DNA of 64,000 nucleotides, from assembly GCA_964247055.1 (NCBI GenBank), contig OZ176058.1, positions 4,464,001 through 4,528,000 of the forward strand, given 5' to 3'. The translations under genes were made by a program, and so were the position numbers. The notes under the pieces are model-generated. The model had not been told where the DNA came from. It ran no database searches and saw only the letters and a list, made by a program, of their open reading frames with translations. Of this stretch, positions 1-13,219 are shown piece by piece. The stretch's first letter is position 1, and each line of letters starts with the position of its first letter. This DNA comes from Paragordius varius. Its lineage: Eukaryota > Animalia > Nematomorpha.

Positions 1-101
1 GATAAAATTTTTATAACTGTTATTTGATACATTTGTATATGTTATTACTACTTAAAGTATATCATTTTTTATAAAAAATAAAACTCAGATACCCATATAT
101 A

Positions 102-408
102 CAGTAAAAACTGAAATTATACTATGGGAAAAATGTAAAAATATAAAGACAAATATTTGTTTCTAAAAGACAACCAACCATACTTTTTAAAACCGTACTT
201 TTTAATATATAAAATATTTAATTACAATCCTATATTACATATTGATTGTGTCACCAAATATACATATAAATTTTATACTTTACAATATAAAACAATGAGC
301 TATATTTTTAAAAATAATGTTTAAAAAAGTATGCATGTTGTATTTTAGAAAAAAATATTTGTGTCTTTATATTTTTCGGTTTTGTCCGTATAATTTCAGT
401 TTTTACTG
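102..408. mobile_element. Tc1/mariner-like MITE, family A (full copy)
   Basis: TA|CAGTAAAAA...TTTTTACTG|TA with ~85-bp imperfect TIRs (core GGACAAAACGTAAAAATATAAAGACAAATATTTTTTTCTAAAAGACAACCATAC) and no ORF. Other copies at ~4755-5046, 5434-5694, 5815-6099, 7741-8021, 11994-12283, 13370-13666, 18669-18949, 20193-20470, ~62906-63175, plus many fragments. Confidence 0.8.
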
Positions 409-1204
409 TAAAGGTAGGGCCACAGTATTCGATTTTCACTGTTTTAGAACAGTGATACTATAGACAAAATGTAAAAATATAAAGACATATATTTTTTTTC
501 TAAAATACAACAAGCATACTTTTTAAATTTAGATTTAAATTAATATAACTCATTGTTTTAAATGGCAAAGTGTGAAATAGACATATATACCAATCATTTT
601 ATTTTACAATTGTAATTAAATAGCTTGTATAAGAAACATTAAGGTTCAAAAAATTATGGTTGTCGTTTTTTGAGAAAAAATATTTGTCTTTATATTTTTA
701 CCTTTTGTCCGTGTAATCATTTAATACCATTTTAATCAATAATATATTTATTATTTCTTTTTTCAAAAATCTCTTACATTTATAAAACAAGATTTTAAAA
801 ATATACTTTTTGTGTTTTGAAAAATATATTTAACTTTTGTTTTTTACATTCAAGAAACCTTTAAACATCATATTAAATTATGACACTGAATAGCATAACT
901 TTAAATAATTATAATTTTTTATAAAATATAGATGATATAAGAAAGCATTTCATGCTTAAAATTTAATTTGTGAATGTTTTCAATTTTTATAATCAATATA
1001 TTTATTATGCAAGAATTTAATTGATCATTTCTTCTAAAATTATATTAATATAAAAATTCTATTTAGACAACAAAAGTCAATAGAGTATATAGTTGAGCCT
1101 TGAAATATTTGTTTTGTATTTAATAATTATTTTCAAAATATATTATATTTAAAATAAATTTTTTTAATTTATATATTTTTCTAATTTAATATATCCAAAA
1201 TTTT

Positions 1205-2089
1205 ATGTCACACGTCATTACAAGATATGTTGAAAGTTTCCATAGAAAAACATCCAATGCGCTATTTAGTAAAGGTTAATAATTAAAATTATTTTTTTTA
1301 TCTTTTTAATTAAAAAGTTTTCTAAAACACCAAATAATTTAAGTAAAAAATTAAAAAAAATTAAAATCATTATAAAAACCATATTTTTTATTACAATAAA
1401 GTTAATTGAAATACTATGGACATAACGTAAAAATATAAAGACAAATGTTTTTTTCTAAAAGACAACAACCATACTTTTTTAAACTTCATTTTAAAAATAT
1501 AACGTATTGTTTCAAATTGTAAAGAATAATATTTATGTTGGTTATACAATATATCATGCATTTTACAATTGTATTTTATAATTTATGTGAGAAAATTTTA
1601 TAATAGTATGATTGTCTTTTAAAAAAAATGTTCTTTATAATTTTACGTTACGTACCAATATAATTTTAACTTTTACTGTATTAAATAATTTTTTATATAA
1701 CAATTAAAATGTGATTGCAAAATTGAAAAATATATAATAAAAATTGAAATTTAACGAAAAAAGCTCAAAAAATAAGAAAATAGCCTTTTTTAAAATATCA
1801 CTCTATTTCTTTATTCTATTAATTGTTATGATGGAATATGTTTACAATTTAAAATTCTGTTTTTTATACAAAAAAATGCGTTTAAAAAGATTTTAATATA
1901 TACAGTTGCATGTTTTTTAAAAAACCATGCCTTTTAGTTTTTTCATTATAATTTCAATTTTTTTATTTGTGGGTAAAAAGTATATTATAACAATTTTCAA
2001 CTCTTTTTATTTTGTTTCAAACCCAAAACAATAGGTTATATTTCAATAAATCATATCAGCCTTTATTACTTTTATGTCTTGTCTCTATA

Positions 2090-2128
<39 letters not shown>

Positions 2129-5100
2129 TAAAAGAGAACTAATTCATTAAAAATAATTGGTTATTATTATACAAATTTAAAATACATTTCCAAAATTAAA
2201 ATTTTTTTGTTCAACATAATTATTTTTGCGTAAAAATATATGAGTTTTGCTTCCATATATTCTTACGGAGCTCAACAAATATATTCGGAAAAGTTTGATT
2301 TTAACAAAAAAAATAATTTTTGTACCTGGCCAGATTCTCTAAAACAAGGTTAGATAAAATTTTTATATTATTTATTATACGGACAAAACGTAAAAATATA
2401 AAGAAAAATTTTTTTAAAGACAACCATCCTTTTTTAAACCTTAATCCATTATTTAAAATGACAAAGTGTGAAATATAGATATAAATTACTAACACAATCA
2501 ATTCTTTATTTAAAAATTGAAATTAAATAGCTTATGTAGAAAAGTTTAAGGTTTAAAAAAGTATATTTGTCTTTTAGATAAAAATATTTGTCTTTATATT
2601 TTTACGTTTTGTCCGTATAATTTCAATTTTTACTGTATTTTGCAATTTTAATAAATGTAATACATAAAGGAAAACTAAGGTTAAGTATGGCTGTTTTTAG
2701 GAAAAAAATTTGTCACATTTTGTTTGTATAATTTCATTTTTTATATATTGTCCAAATATTTGAAATTATTATTGTAAAAGTCTAATTTTATTGAATATAC
2801 CATTTAGGATTCAAATTCCTTGAATTCAAATTGACACTAAAAATTAATTATGTATTTTCGGGCTAATATAACTCATCAATAATAATAATAGATAAATTTT
2901 TACTACAAGGAAATTTGTTTTGTTCAAGCGTGAATTTAAATAAGGGTATATTTGAATTACTCAAGGGTGAATTGAATTGAACTGTAAATGATATATATAA
3001 AAATTTGTTCAAATATAAAAATTAAATAAAAATATGTCAATTATACATCTCAATTTTTTAATTTAATATCTTTAAAAATATTTTTAGATAAGGAAGACAC
3101 AAATTTATTGACTCAATATTCCAGAAAACCTGAGCCAATCGAAGTTCTAGAAAAAAAAGTTAATTTTTCGCGCCGTGAAATTAAACAATTATATCAAAAA
3201 TTTAAACAAGTAATTAATTTTTTATATTTTAAATAAAATTAAAATTTACAATTAAAAAACGTATAAATATAGTGAAAATTAATTTTTACTTTGTTAAAAA
3301 TTTACATTTCTACTACCTTTATCTAATTCTAATTTTGCAACGCCAAACGATAAGTTGTATAAAATAAAAAACATTTAAAAAATCGTTGTGTTTTCAAAAA
3401 ATTGTTTTGTTTTTACGCTTTGTCTGTATAATTTTTATTTTGTTTATTATGCAACACAAAACGAAAGTTATGAAATAAATACAGTAAAAATTAATATTTT
3501 ACGGACAAAATGTAAAAATATAAAGACAAATATTTTTTTCTAAAAGACAACCAAATTTTTTGAATCTTTATTTATAGCTGATGTTTTAAATGCAAGGTTT
3601 AAAAAAAATATGTATATTGGGAAAACTATAAATTATGTATTTACGATTGTTTCAATTATTTTTATAGGATAAATGGAGGATAAAAAATATATGGTTGCAT
3701 TTTGATAAATTTTTGTTTTATTTTTAGGTTTTGTCCATATAATTAAAATTTTACTGTAAAAATTTAAAAAATAGTTGTCTTTCAAAAAAAAGTATTGTTT
3801 TTACGTTTTGTCTGTATAATTCAATTTTTCATTTCTTTTTCGTTTAAATATTGAGAATAAATGCTGTTCATTTTCAAAATAATTATTTAGTTCTCACGTT
3901 TTGGTATAATTTTAATTTTTACTGGGTATAGATGTAAGATATTTTTATATTTTTTATTTTTCTAGAATTTTCCGCGTGGCTTCATAGATCATGAGGGCTT
4001 TCGAACACTTTTTGCCAATTTATTTAGTGATGGAAGTATAACATTAAAATTTGCAATTTAAAATTGATATATTATTGGTTTTTTCAAATTTATTGGTAAA
4101 TAGCCTAAAAATTTATTAAATTTAAAAAAATATGAAATATATTTCTTGCTTGCTTTCATATATTTTAGGAATATAAAAAAATTTACAATATCTATGTTTC
4201 ACCAATTTAAATTCATTTTCTAACAATTAAAATGGATCATTTAATATAATGAATGTTTATATATATAGGGTCAGAATATTATGCAAACCTTATTTTCTCA
4301 AGTATTGATACAGAAAACAAGGGATATATAACTTTTCAAGTAAATAAATATTTAGCAGTTTTTTAATTCTTCAAATATTATATTAAAAATTTAATATTTT
4401 GTGTGCCTAAATTATATTTTTAATGTATTTTATATGATTATTTTATGAGGTAAAAGAGGATTTCTTTTATAAGAGTCGACCTATGTTAATATAATTTATT
4501 TAATGTTTTTATCAATCTTGTTTTTTTGTTTCGTTTCTTATTTATATCATGTTTCAAATTATATATTTATTCGGGAAAATAGTGTCTTAGCTGTGTAAAT
4601 TATTGTGGTTTATTAGTTATTTATTAAAATAGATTATAAAAAATGCGAAAAAACAATATAACTCAACCATAAAACAATCAAATTAGAGCCAATACAAAAA
4701 ACTTTTTCGATAAATAATGTAGATATTATTGTGTTTATTGTATAAATATATATACAGTAAAAATTGAAATTATACTATGGACAAAACGTAAGAATATAAA
4801 ACACATATATTCTTTTCTAAAACACAACAAACTATATTTATCAAATTCTTATATTAGCTATTGAATTACAATTGTAAAATACAGAGATTTAGTTAATATA
4901 TATTTATATTTTACATCATTTTTAAGTGTAATCAAGTAGTTTATATAAGGAAAATCAAGATTTAAAAGGTCTGATTGTCTTTTAGAAAAAAATATTTGTC
5001 TTTATATTTTTACGTTTTGTCCATAGTATAACTTCAAATCTTACAGTAAGTAGAAGGCCTAGTAAAAAGAAATTAGCTCGAGCTAACTAGCCCCCCTTTC

Positions 5101-8100
5101 AAAAAAAGATTTAAAATTTAATGCTTGATTTGTAATGCAAAAATGTTAGCCATACTTTGTCTCTTTTAATTCAAATTTCTATTTTTTTTCCTAGAAATAT
5201 ATAAGCTTCATATCCATCCTAAAACCAACAAACCCCAAAGACAATGCTAATATACATAATAATTCACTTGAACATGGGAAAAATACACCTCAGCTTTTAA
5301 ACGATAGTATATTTATTTATATTTTATAACAAAAAATAAAATTGAATTTATACGGACAAAATGGCAAAAAATAAAGATTAATATTTTTTTGTAAAAGATA
5401 ACAATCTTTTATAATTCCTCTATAAAACATTTACAGTAAAAATTAAATTATACGGACAAAAGGAAAAAATATAAAGACAAATGTTTTTTTTAAAACACAA
5501 CTTAAACATCATTTTTAAAAAGATAAAATGCAAACTATAATATTGGTGTATTGGTTACACTATCAATTATATATTTTATAATTTTAATTAAATAGCTAAT
5601 ATGGGAAAATTTAAAAAAAGTGTAGTTGTCTTTTTAATATAAATATTTGTCTTTATATTTATACGTTTTAACCGTATAATTTCGGTTTTTACTGTATTTA
5701 TACGTTTTGTCTTCATTGGAATTTAAATTATTGCTGAAAACTAACTTGCAGTGGCGAAAAATAATTAATACCCTTACTTGCTATTTAAGCTAGAAATATT
5801 TTTTGAAAAATTTACAGTAAAAAAATATATGAACAAAACGTAAAAATGTAAAGACAAATATTTTTTTATAAGACAACCAACCATACTTTCTTAAACCATA
5901 ATTTTTACTATAAAAGCTATTTAGTTACTCAATTGTAAAATAAAGAATTGATTGTGTTAGTAATATATATTTTATTTCACACTTTGCCATTTAAAACAAT
6001 GAGTTATATTGAAATATCATGAAGGTATGGTTGTATTATATAAAAAAATATTTGTCTTTATATTTTTACGTTTTGTCCGTATAATTTCAATATTTACTGT
6101 ATTTATATCTCTTGTTTCCATTATAATTTAATTTATTACTGAAAATTTGGAGTGGAGAAAAATAATGAATACCCTTACTTACTAGTTGAGGTAGGAATAT
6201 TTTTTCAAAAACTTTTATATTATTTTATAAATTAAAAAAAAACTTTTAACCAGGTAAAGAAAAAAGTAAAAACGACACGATAGATGACATACTTGATTGG
6301 ATTTTTCGACTTTATGATATAAATCGAGATGGTTTCATAAGTCCAGAAGAAATGTTAGAAGTCGGTATAGCAATTTTTTACCTTCAAAACAAAATTATGA
6401 ATCCGCCCGTCATTGAAAAGATAACTAATCATGTTTGCTATGTTTTTAGTGTAAGATGCTTTTGATATATTTTTAATTTTACGCTCTTTTCATTAAAAAT
6501 TATTTTTTTTCGAATTTTTGTCAAAAAACTATCTTTAGGTTTAAAAGAAAAACTCATGATGTTCGCTATGTTTTTAATATAAAATATTGAATATAAAATT
6601 AAGCCCATAAAATTATATTATTTTTGAATTTATCAAAAAATATAAATTCAAAAAAGAAATTAATCATGTTTGCCATGTTTTCAGTGTAAGATATTTTTAA
6701 TATGCTTTGAAATTATATGGATAAAATGTAAAAATATAAACACACAAAAAGTTTATTTTTGAAAAAACAACCATATTTTTATAAATGCAAATTTTTAATT
6801 ATAGTGTATTTTTTAAAGTATGATATAAAGATTTATATTTGAAGCATATATATTTTTGCAATTGTAATTAAATAAGTTTCGTCTGATAAATTAAAGTTCA
6901 AAACAACAAGGGTTGTCTTATTAAAAAATTTGTCTTTATATTTTTACGTTTTTTCCGTCTATAATTTTAATTTTATTGTAAATTTAATATATGAATCCCT
7001 ATCACTCTCAAAAAATTTTATATTTAAAAAACAGTAATATTTAATAATTCTTATTCTTTAGGCGATTTTAACGTGCCCTTTAAAAATTTATGGAAGGATT
7101 TAAAATATTTTCGAATGACCATTGTACCTCTTTTTCAATTGCATATGAAGAAATTAATAAATCTATTTCGATATTTTACCTTTGAGAAAAATACAGTAAA
7201 AATAGAATTATACAGACAGTACATTGAAAAATAGTATTATACAGACAGACAGATAACAATATATATTTTAAATTTTAGTTTTTTTGGAAAAACTTAATTT
7301 TAAGTTGCGAAACGGCGATTTGAGATATTTTAAAATTGAAGGACAAAACGTGAATTATAAAGACAAATATTTTTCAAAAAGATAACCAATCATATTTTTA
7401 TATCTAAATTTTTAAAATAATCCTTATTGTTTTTTAGTCCAAAGAATAAAATAGAGATGTAATAAGTATAATTTTATTTTGATAAAAAAAATTTTATCAT
7501 TATAATTTTACGTTTTGTCCGTATAATTTTTATTTTTACTGTAATACAATCAATTATATCTAATTTAAATTGCAAAATATATAGAAAAAATTGGCGTTTA
7601 AAAGAGTATGGTTCCGTATAATATCAAATTTTACTGTCTTTTTCATTTTAAATTTCATTAATTTTGTTAGTTTATAAAGAATTAAGCTATTTATTCAATA
7701 ATCTCTTATAAAAATACAAAATTTATACTTATTTTTATTACAGTAAAAATTGGAGGACAAAAGTGAAAATATAAAAACAAATATTTTTCTTTAAAAGATA
7801 ATTATACTTTTTAAATCCTGATTTAAGAATTCTATCTTTTAATTGGAAAGGTTTGAAATAGACATATGTTACAAACACAATCCATTTTATATTTTATACT
7901 TTTATTAACTAAATAGCTACTATGAGAAAAATTAAGGGTAATAAAAGTATGGTTGTTTTTCCGATATAAATATTTGTCTTTATATTTTTACGTTTTGTCC
8001 GCATATTTTCAGTTTTTACTGTCTAAATAGATTTATGGACAAAATTAGGGTTTTAAAGTATGGTTGTCTTGAAAAATTTTGTTTGTATAATTTCAAATTC

Positions 8101-8412
8101 TCTGTATTTATTGATTCGATTTTCAAAAAATAGCTTTCGATATCAATTTCGACTTCAGCTTTTTATTAAAAAAATTAGCATTTTCTTAAATAATTTTATA
8201 TCACAAAATTTATACTTTAATTTATATTATTTAATAGAAAATGGACACCAAAAACCAATTGGCAATTTCAAAGGCTGATTTCTTCCAGTTCTGTAAAACG
8301 CAGGTTTTTTTTCTTTAATTTTAATATTAAATATTTATATATAATGTTAAAGTTATTTTTATATTTTTTATTCTAGAGAATGGATGTAATGAAATCTCTG
8401 GGAATATTATAA
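1205..8412 (+). CDS. KCNIP: KChIP/calsenilin-like neuronal calcium sensor, copy 1 (~247-260 aa)
   Basis: Exons: alternative first 1205-1274 or 2240-2348, then 3088-3209, 3966-4035, 4269-4339, 5195-5306, 6254(or 6260)-6450, 8238-8303, 8377-8412. Peptides NFSRREIKQLYQKFK, WIFRLYDINRDGFISPEEM and KMDTKN...MKSLGIL* match KChIP motifs. The 70- and 71-nt exons and the intron phases match the known KChIP gene structure. Confidence 0.85.
2095..2126. repeat. (AT)16 microsatellite, not expanded at the paralogous position (~15440)
   Basis: Seen directly in the sequence. Confidence 0.9.
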
Positions 8413-9540
8413 AAATATTATCACTCGAAAATATTGAAACTTAAGTTAAATTTAATATATGAAATCATTAAATAAATTTATTTTATTAGCTGATAAAATT
8501 ATATTAATTTTTATATCGTATTAAAAAGTAATATTTTACATTTCAAAATCATATTTTACCACGTTTTATAAACCATCGTGTGCTTAAATTGACACTTAAA
8601 ATTAAAAGTAATATAAAAAAATACTAATTTTAGTTGGGCAATATTCCGGTAATTTAATAAAGTATTTGAAATTAAATGTAAATATAAGGACAAAAATTTT
8701 TTTTAGAATTTTTTTTAAATCTTGGATTTCTAACCTAAAGGGGATGAGAGATGTAAAATATAATACAGTAAAAATTTAAATTACAAAACGTATAAATATA
8801 TAATAAATTTTTTTTCAAAGACAACCATACTTTTTAAAACCATTTTTTGTTTTGAAGGCTATTTAATTAAAATTTTTAAAATATAAAATTGATTGTGGTA
8901 CATAATATATATTTCTAACATTTTTTATATTAATCAATAATTTATAAAATCAATATTTATCTTTTTATTACGTTTCGTCCGTATTATTAAAATTTATTTT
9001 CGGGATTTATTAATATTTTATTAGATAGTCACAATTAATATGGAAATTTTAATCATTTAAGCATACTGATAAATAGCGAAAAAACAAGTATTCCAAGTAA
9101 CTGTGAAGCGATAGTTTTATACATATAAATAGAATTAAATTTGAGTACTTTCATAATTTTGATTTTAAAAAAATAATAATTTTGATCTAAATTTTAAATG
9201 TTATTACATTTTTTATAAATATACTATTATAGTCTTTAAGCAACCATTCTAATGATGCTTTTAGTTTTAAGGCATACGAGTGATTTAAGAAAGTTATATC
9301 AATATTCGCCAACGTTGAAAAATCGCAATTTAGTCCTAAAAATTATAAAAAAAACCAAAATTTATTATTTTAATTATATAAATTATATAAAAATTTTTTA
9401 TAAAAAAGTATTTATTATACATTTGTTTAATTAATAAATTTATTAATATTTTTTGCAACAATCACTTATAGTAGACAAGAATTACAATATAAAAGCCATT
9501 TTATATATAAAAATTATTTTTTTCAAAAGCAAAAATTTAT

Positions 9541-9594
9541 TCATTCGGATTCTTTGTTAACATCTGGTTTCATGGCGGGAAATAATATCACTTC
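9541..9594 (-). other. Orphan duplicate of LysRS exon 15
   Basis: ctttag|GAAGTG...GAATGA; one synonymous change versus 22021-22074. Confidence 0.9.
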
Positions 9595-10297
9595 CTAAAG
9601 AATGCAAAAATATAAATAAATTAAAAAAATTAATTTATAAAATCAAAAAAAGTAAAAAATGAATAAATGTCAAATATATTTTTAATCAACATGATTTACC
9701 ATCTATATATTTGTAAAAAATTGTTTATAAAAATTTATTTTACTTTAAAATATTGTCTTTTTCGATGATGGAAAATGTTGAAAACCAACTCTTTGTTTAA
9801 AGATATCCAAAATGACCCACCATTTAAAATAATCTTAAAACAATAAATAATCTAAATCTCAAAATTTTTTAAAAATTAATTTATAAATTACATAAAAATT
9901 ACTTTAATATTTTCCGTATCAGTTAGTAAAAATATTGTTTAAGAAAAACTATTTCCATTATCTTAATATATTCTCTTTTAGATAAAAAAACCCTTGATCC
10001 AATATCTAAATTATAATGGATTTCAATCTAAAATCCTAAAATTTATACCATTTACAGTTCAAATTTACTCTTAAACAATTCAAATTCACCCTAAAAATAA
10101 ATTATTGTTTTCGAACTAATATAACTCACTATAATAAGAAATATATATGGCATAGTTTATTATTTTTACAGTTTTATTTCAATTTAAAACAAATTTTTTT
10201 TAAAAAATATATAAAAATATTGGTATATTTTTATCTAAAAGCATATATAGGGTGAATTTGAATTGTTAAGGGTATATTAAATATTACAATAAATTAC

Positions 10298-10441
10298 TTT
10301 AATATTTTGGGTATCAGTAAGTAACATAGTAAGCCTATCAAGACCCAATCCCCAACCAGCTGTTGGCGGCAATCCGAATTCCAGAGCTCTCACAAAATTC
10401 TCATCAATGTGTTGCGCTTCCTCGTCACCTGCAAGTTTATC
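10298..10441 (-). other. Orphan duplicate of LysRS exon 14 (intact, both splice sites kept)
   Basis: 144 nt encoding [10 protein letters not shown]...LTDTQNIK. It has 8 synonymous differences and 1 non-synonymous (E>Q) versus 25706-25849. No exon 13 copy is present upstream before the real gene. Confidence 0.9.
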
Positions 10442-11993
10442 CTAAAGGGGGCGTATATATACATATACGAGATCAGCTGAGTTTTAGCAAAATTAGTTTA
10501 AAAACCAATAAAATAACTGATAATATGTTATAAAATATTTTTAAGATCAGCTGATTATTTAATTGATTATAGTTTGTTATATTTGATATGACTTAAAAAA
10601 TTATGAAATTCCCGTCAATGTGTTGAGCCTCCTCGTCACCTTATCCTAATAAGAAATGAGAAGGGGGGCGTATGTATATATATAGGTTCATAATGTTTTT
10701 TAAGTATAGTTTTTGGTATGGTTTCAATTCATTCCATAATTTTTGAATAATTTAATTTTGGCCTGAAGTATCCAACTACCCCAATTAGAATTGATGGACT
10801 GAAATGAATGTGTTGTATCCAAGTGTTAAATATTTTTTACATTTTAAAAACTATTTTTTAAATTAAAATGTAGAAAAAATAGTGAAATAAAACTAATTTT
10901 ATATGAGAAATTATACCAACATTTATTTAATACAGAAAAATTGAAATTATACTACATAACGTAAAAGTATTCAAAAAAATCAACAATTTTAAAAATTTAA
11001 TTTATTTTATGAAAATCTTATTACAATATAATTGATTGTTACAAATATATATCTCTATTTTATTATATACAGTTTGAAACAATCATTATTTGCCTTTTAG
11101 ATAAAAATTATCTGTCTTTAATTTTACCTTTTGTCCGTATAAATTTAATTTTTTTGGAATATATTATTAATGTTAGGGTATCTATTTATATTTCAAATTT
11201 TAAAGCATTTAAGAATATTAATTATATAGCGAAAAAAAACAAGTTTAAGTACCAGGCGAAAGTTATATAATATAGAGATTTTATATAAAAAAATAAAACT
11301 TAGTTATTTCCTAACCTTATAAAACGTAAATTTTAAAAAAAAAATTTTAAATAATATTTTATATTTATAGTTTAAAAAAATATCCGAAACTGTATACATA
11401 CAGAAGAAACTGAAATTTAACGGACAAAACGTAAAAATATAAAGACAGATATTTTTATTAAAGACAACCATACTTTTAAAATCTTAATTTATCAATATAA
11501 CTTTCTGTTTAAATGGCAAAGTCATAAGATATATATAATTAAATTTTAAAATTGTAATTAAATTGTAAATATGGGAAAAAATAAGGTTTAATAAGTATGG
11601 CATTTTAGTAAAAACATTTGTCTTTATATTTTTACGTTTGATCCGTATGAATTAAGTTTTTACTGTATTTACAACCCTAAAAGCGCCTTTAGGTTTGAGG
11701 CTATTAAAAAAAGCTATGTCAACTTTTAAGATAATTGCTAAGCATTAAAAAACCGCAATGCGCTAAAAATTTTTTCGCAAATAATATTAAATTTATAATA
11801 TCCAACATACAAGTAAAAATTGAATATATACGGACAAAATGTGAAAATATAAAGAAAATATTTTTTTCTAAAGACGACCATATTTTTTATATATCTAAAT
11901 ATTTTTATATATAACTGATTGATTTTTAAATACTGTAAATTATATAATAGTAGAGATCTAAATACACAATCAATTATGTTTTATGCCCATATA

Positions 11994-12283
11994 CAGTAAA
12001 AACTGTAATTATATGGACAAAAACTTAAAAATATAAAAACAAATATTTTCTAAAAGACAACAATACTTTTTAAATTTAAATTAATTCAATAAACTCATTG
12101 TTTCAAATGGCAAAGTCTTAAATTATGATATATATAACTAACACAATCAATTCTATATATTACAATTGTAATTAAATAGATAATATGGGAAAAATTAAGA
12201 TTTAAAAAAGTATGGTTGTCTTTTTATTAAAACATTTGTCTTTATATTTTTACATTTTGTCCGTATAATTTTAAATTATACTG
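11994..12283. mobile_element. MITE family A, full copy
   Basis: TA|CAGTAAAAACTG...AATTATACTG|TA with inverted arms. Confidence 0.8.
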
Positions 12284-12793
12284 TATAAGTATATCAAATG
12301 CAGCACGCCATATTATTTGAGTAGTCCAAAATAAGGGCCAGTAAGCCATTTGAATTGAACATTTCTGTTTTAAACTTTGGACACACTCTCTATATATTTA
12401 TATTTCTAAACATATTCTTTTAAATGCGTTCGCCAAAATTAAAAATGACAATAAAATATATTTGAAAATTAGGGTTTTACAGACTAAACAAATGACTGCA
12501 AAGCCAAATTTTGAAGAAGATAAAACCATAATACTTTTTAAACCTAAATTTTTCCTCCATAAAACCATATATAATATTAATCTATTTTAAATCAAAATAT
12601 ATTATTTAATTAACAATTACATCTGTTTTCCCCATTTTTTGTAAACGCAAAAAAATGTATTAATGTGTTTTCCTACAGTTGAGTTCAACACGAGCGCTTT
12701 TGTAAATAAAATTAATCCATATAATGCGCGATTCTTAGTCATTATTTTGAGTTCTTCAAAGGTTACATTAGTTTTTTGTCAAACAGTAGTATA

Positions 12794-13219
12794 CCATATA
12801 CAACTCAAATTCACCCTTAAACAATTCAAATTCACCCTTGAACAATTCAAATTCAGCCTTGAACGATTCTATTTCACCCTATATACGTTTTTAGGCTTAA
12901 AAATACCAATATTTTTATATATTTTTGTAAAATTAAAATTTTGTTTAAAATGAAAATTATACTGAAAAAATATAATAAACTATGCCAAAAAGATATATTT
13001 CTTGTTAATAATGAGTTATATTAGTTCGAAAACACATAATTTATTTTTAGGGTGAATTTTAATCGTTCAAGTGTGAATTTGAATTGTTCAAGGGTGAATT
13101 GGAATTGTTCAAGCGTGAATTTGTATTGTTCAAGGGTAAATTTGAATTGTTCAAGGGTGAATATGAATTATTCGAGGGTGAATTTGAATTGTTCAAGGGT
13201 GGATTTGAACTGTAAATGG
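12794..13219. mobile_element. Foldback-like non-autonomous element, family B, with 21-bp subterminal tandem repeats
   Basis: TATA|CCAT...ATGG|TATA ends. Arrays of TTCAAATTCACCCTTGAACAA are in inverted orientation at the two ends around a conserved ~180-bp core (GTTTTCGAACTAATATAACTC...GCATAGTTTATT). Confidence 0.75.

Noticed and set aside
2301-2501. Short ORFs rich in F/I/K/Y (also 14873-15079, 16462-16653, 17537-18022, 18518-18992, 20026-20271, 62628-62822)
   Set aside because: They translate MITE A arms or AT-rich filler and have no conserved protein motifs
9230-9330. Segment conserved in all three block copies containing ATGATG (possible C/D snoRNA)
   Set aside because: There is no D box (CTGA) or terminal stem, and the conservation is explained by the segmental duplication
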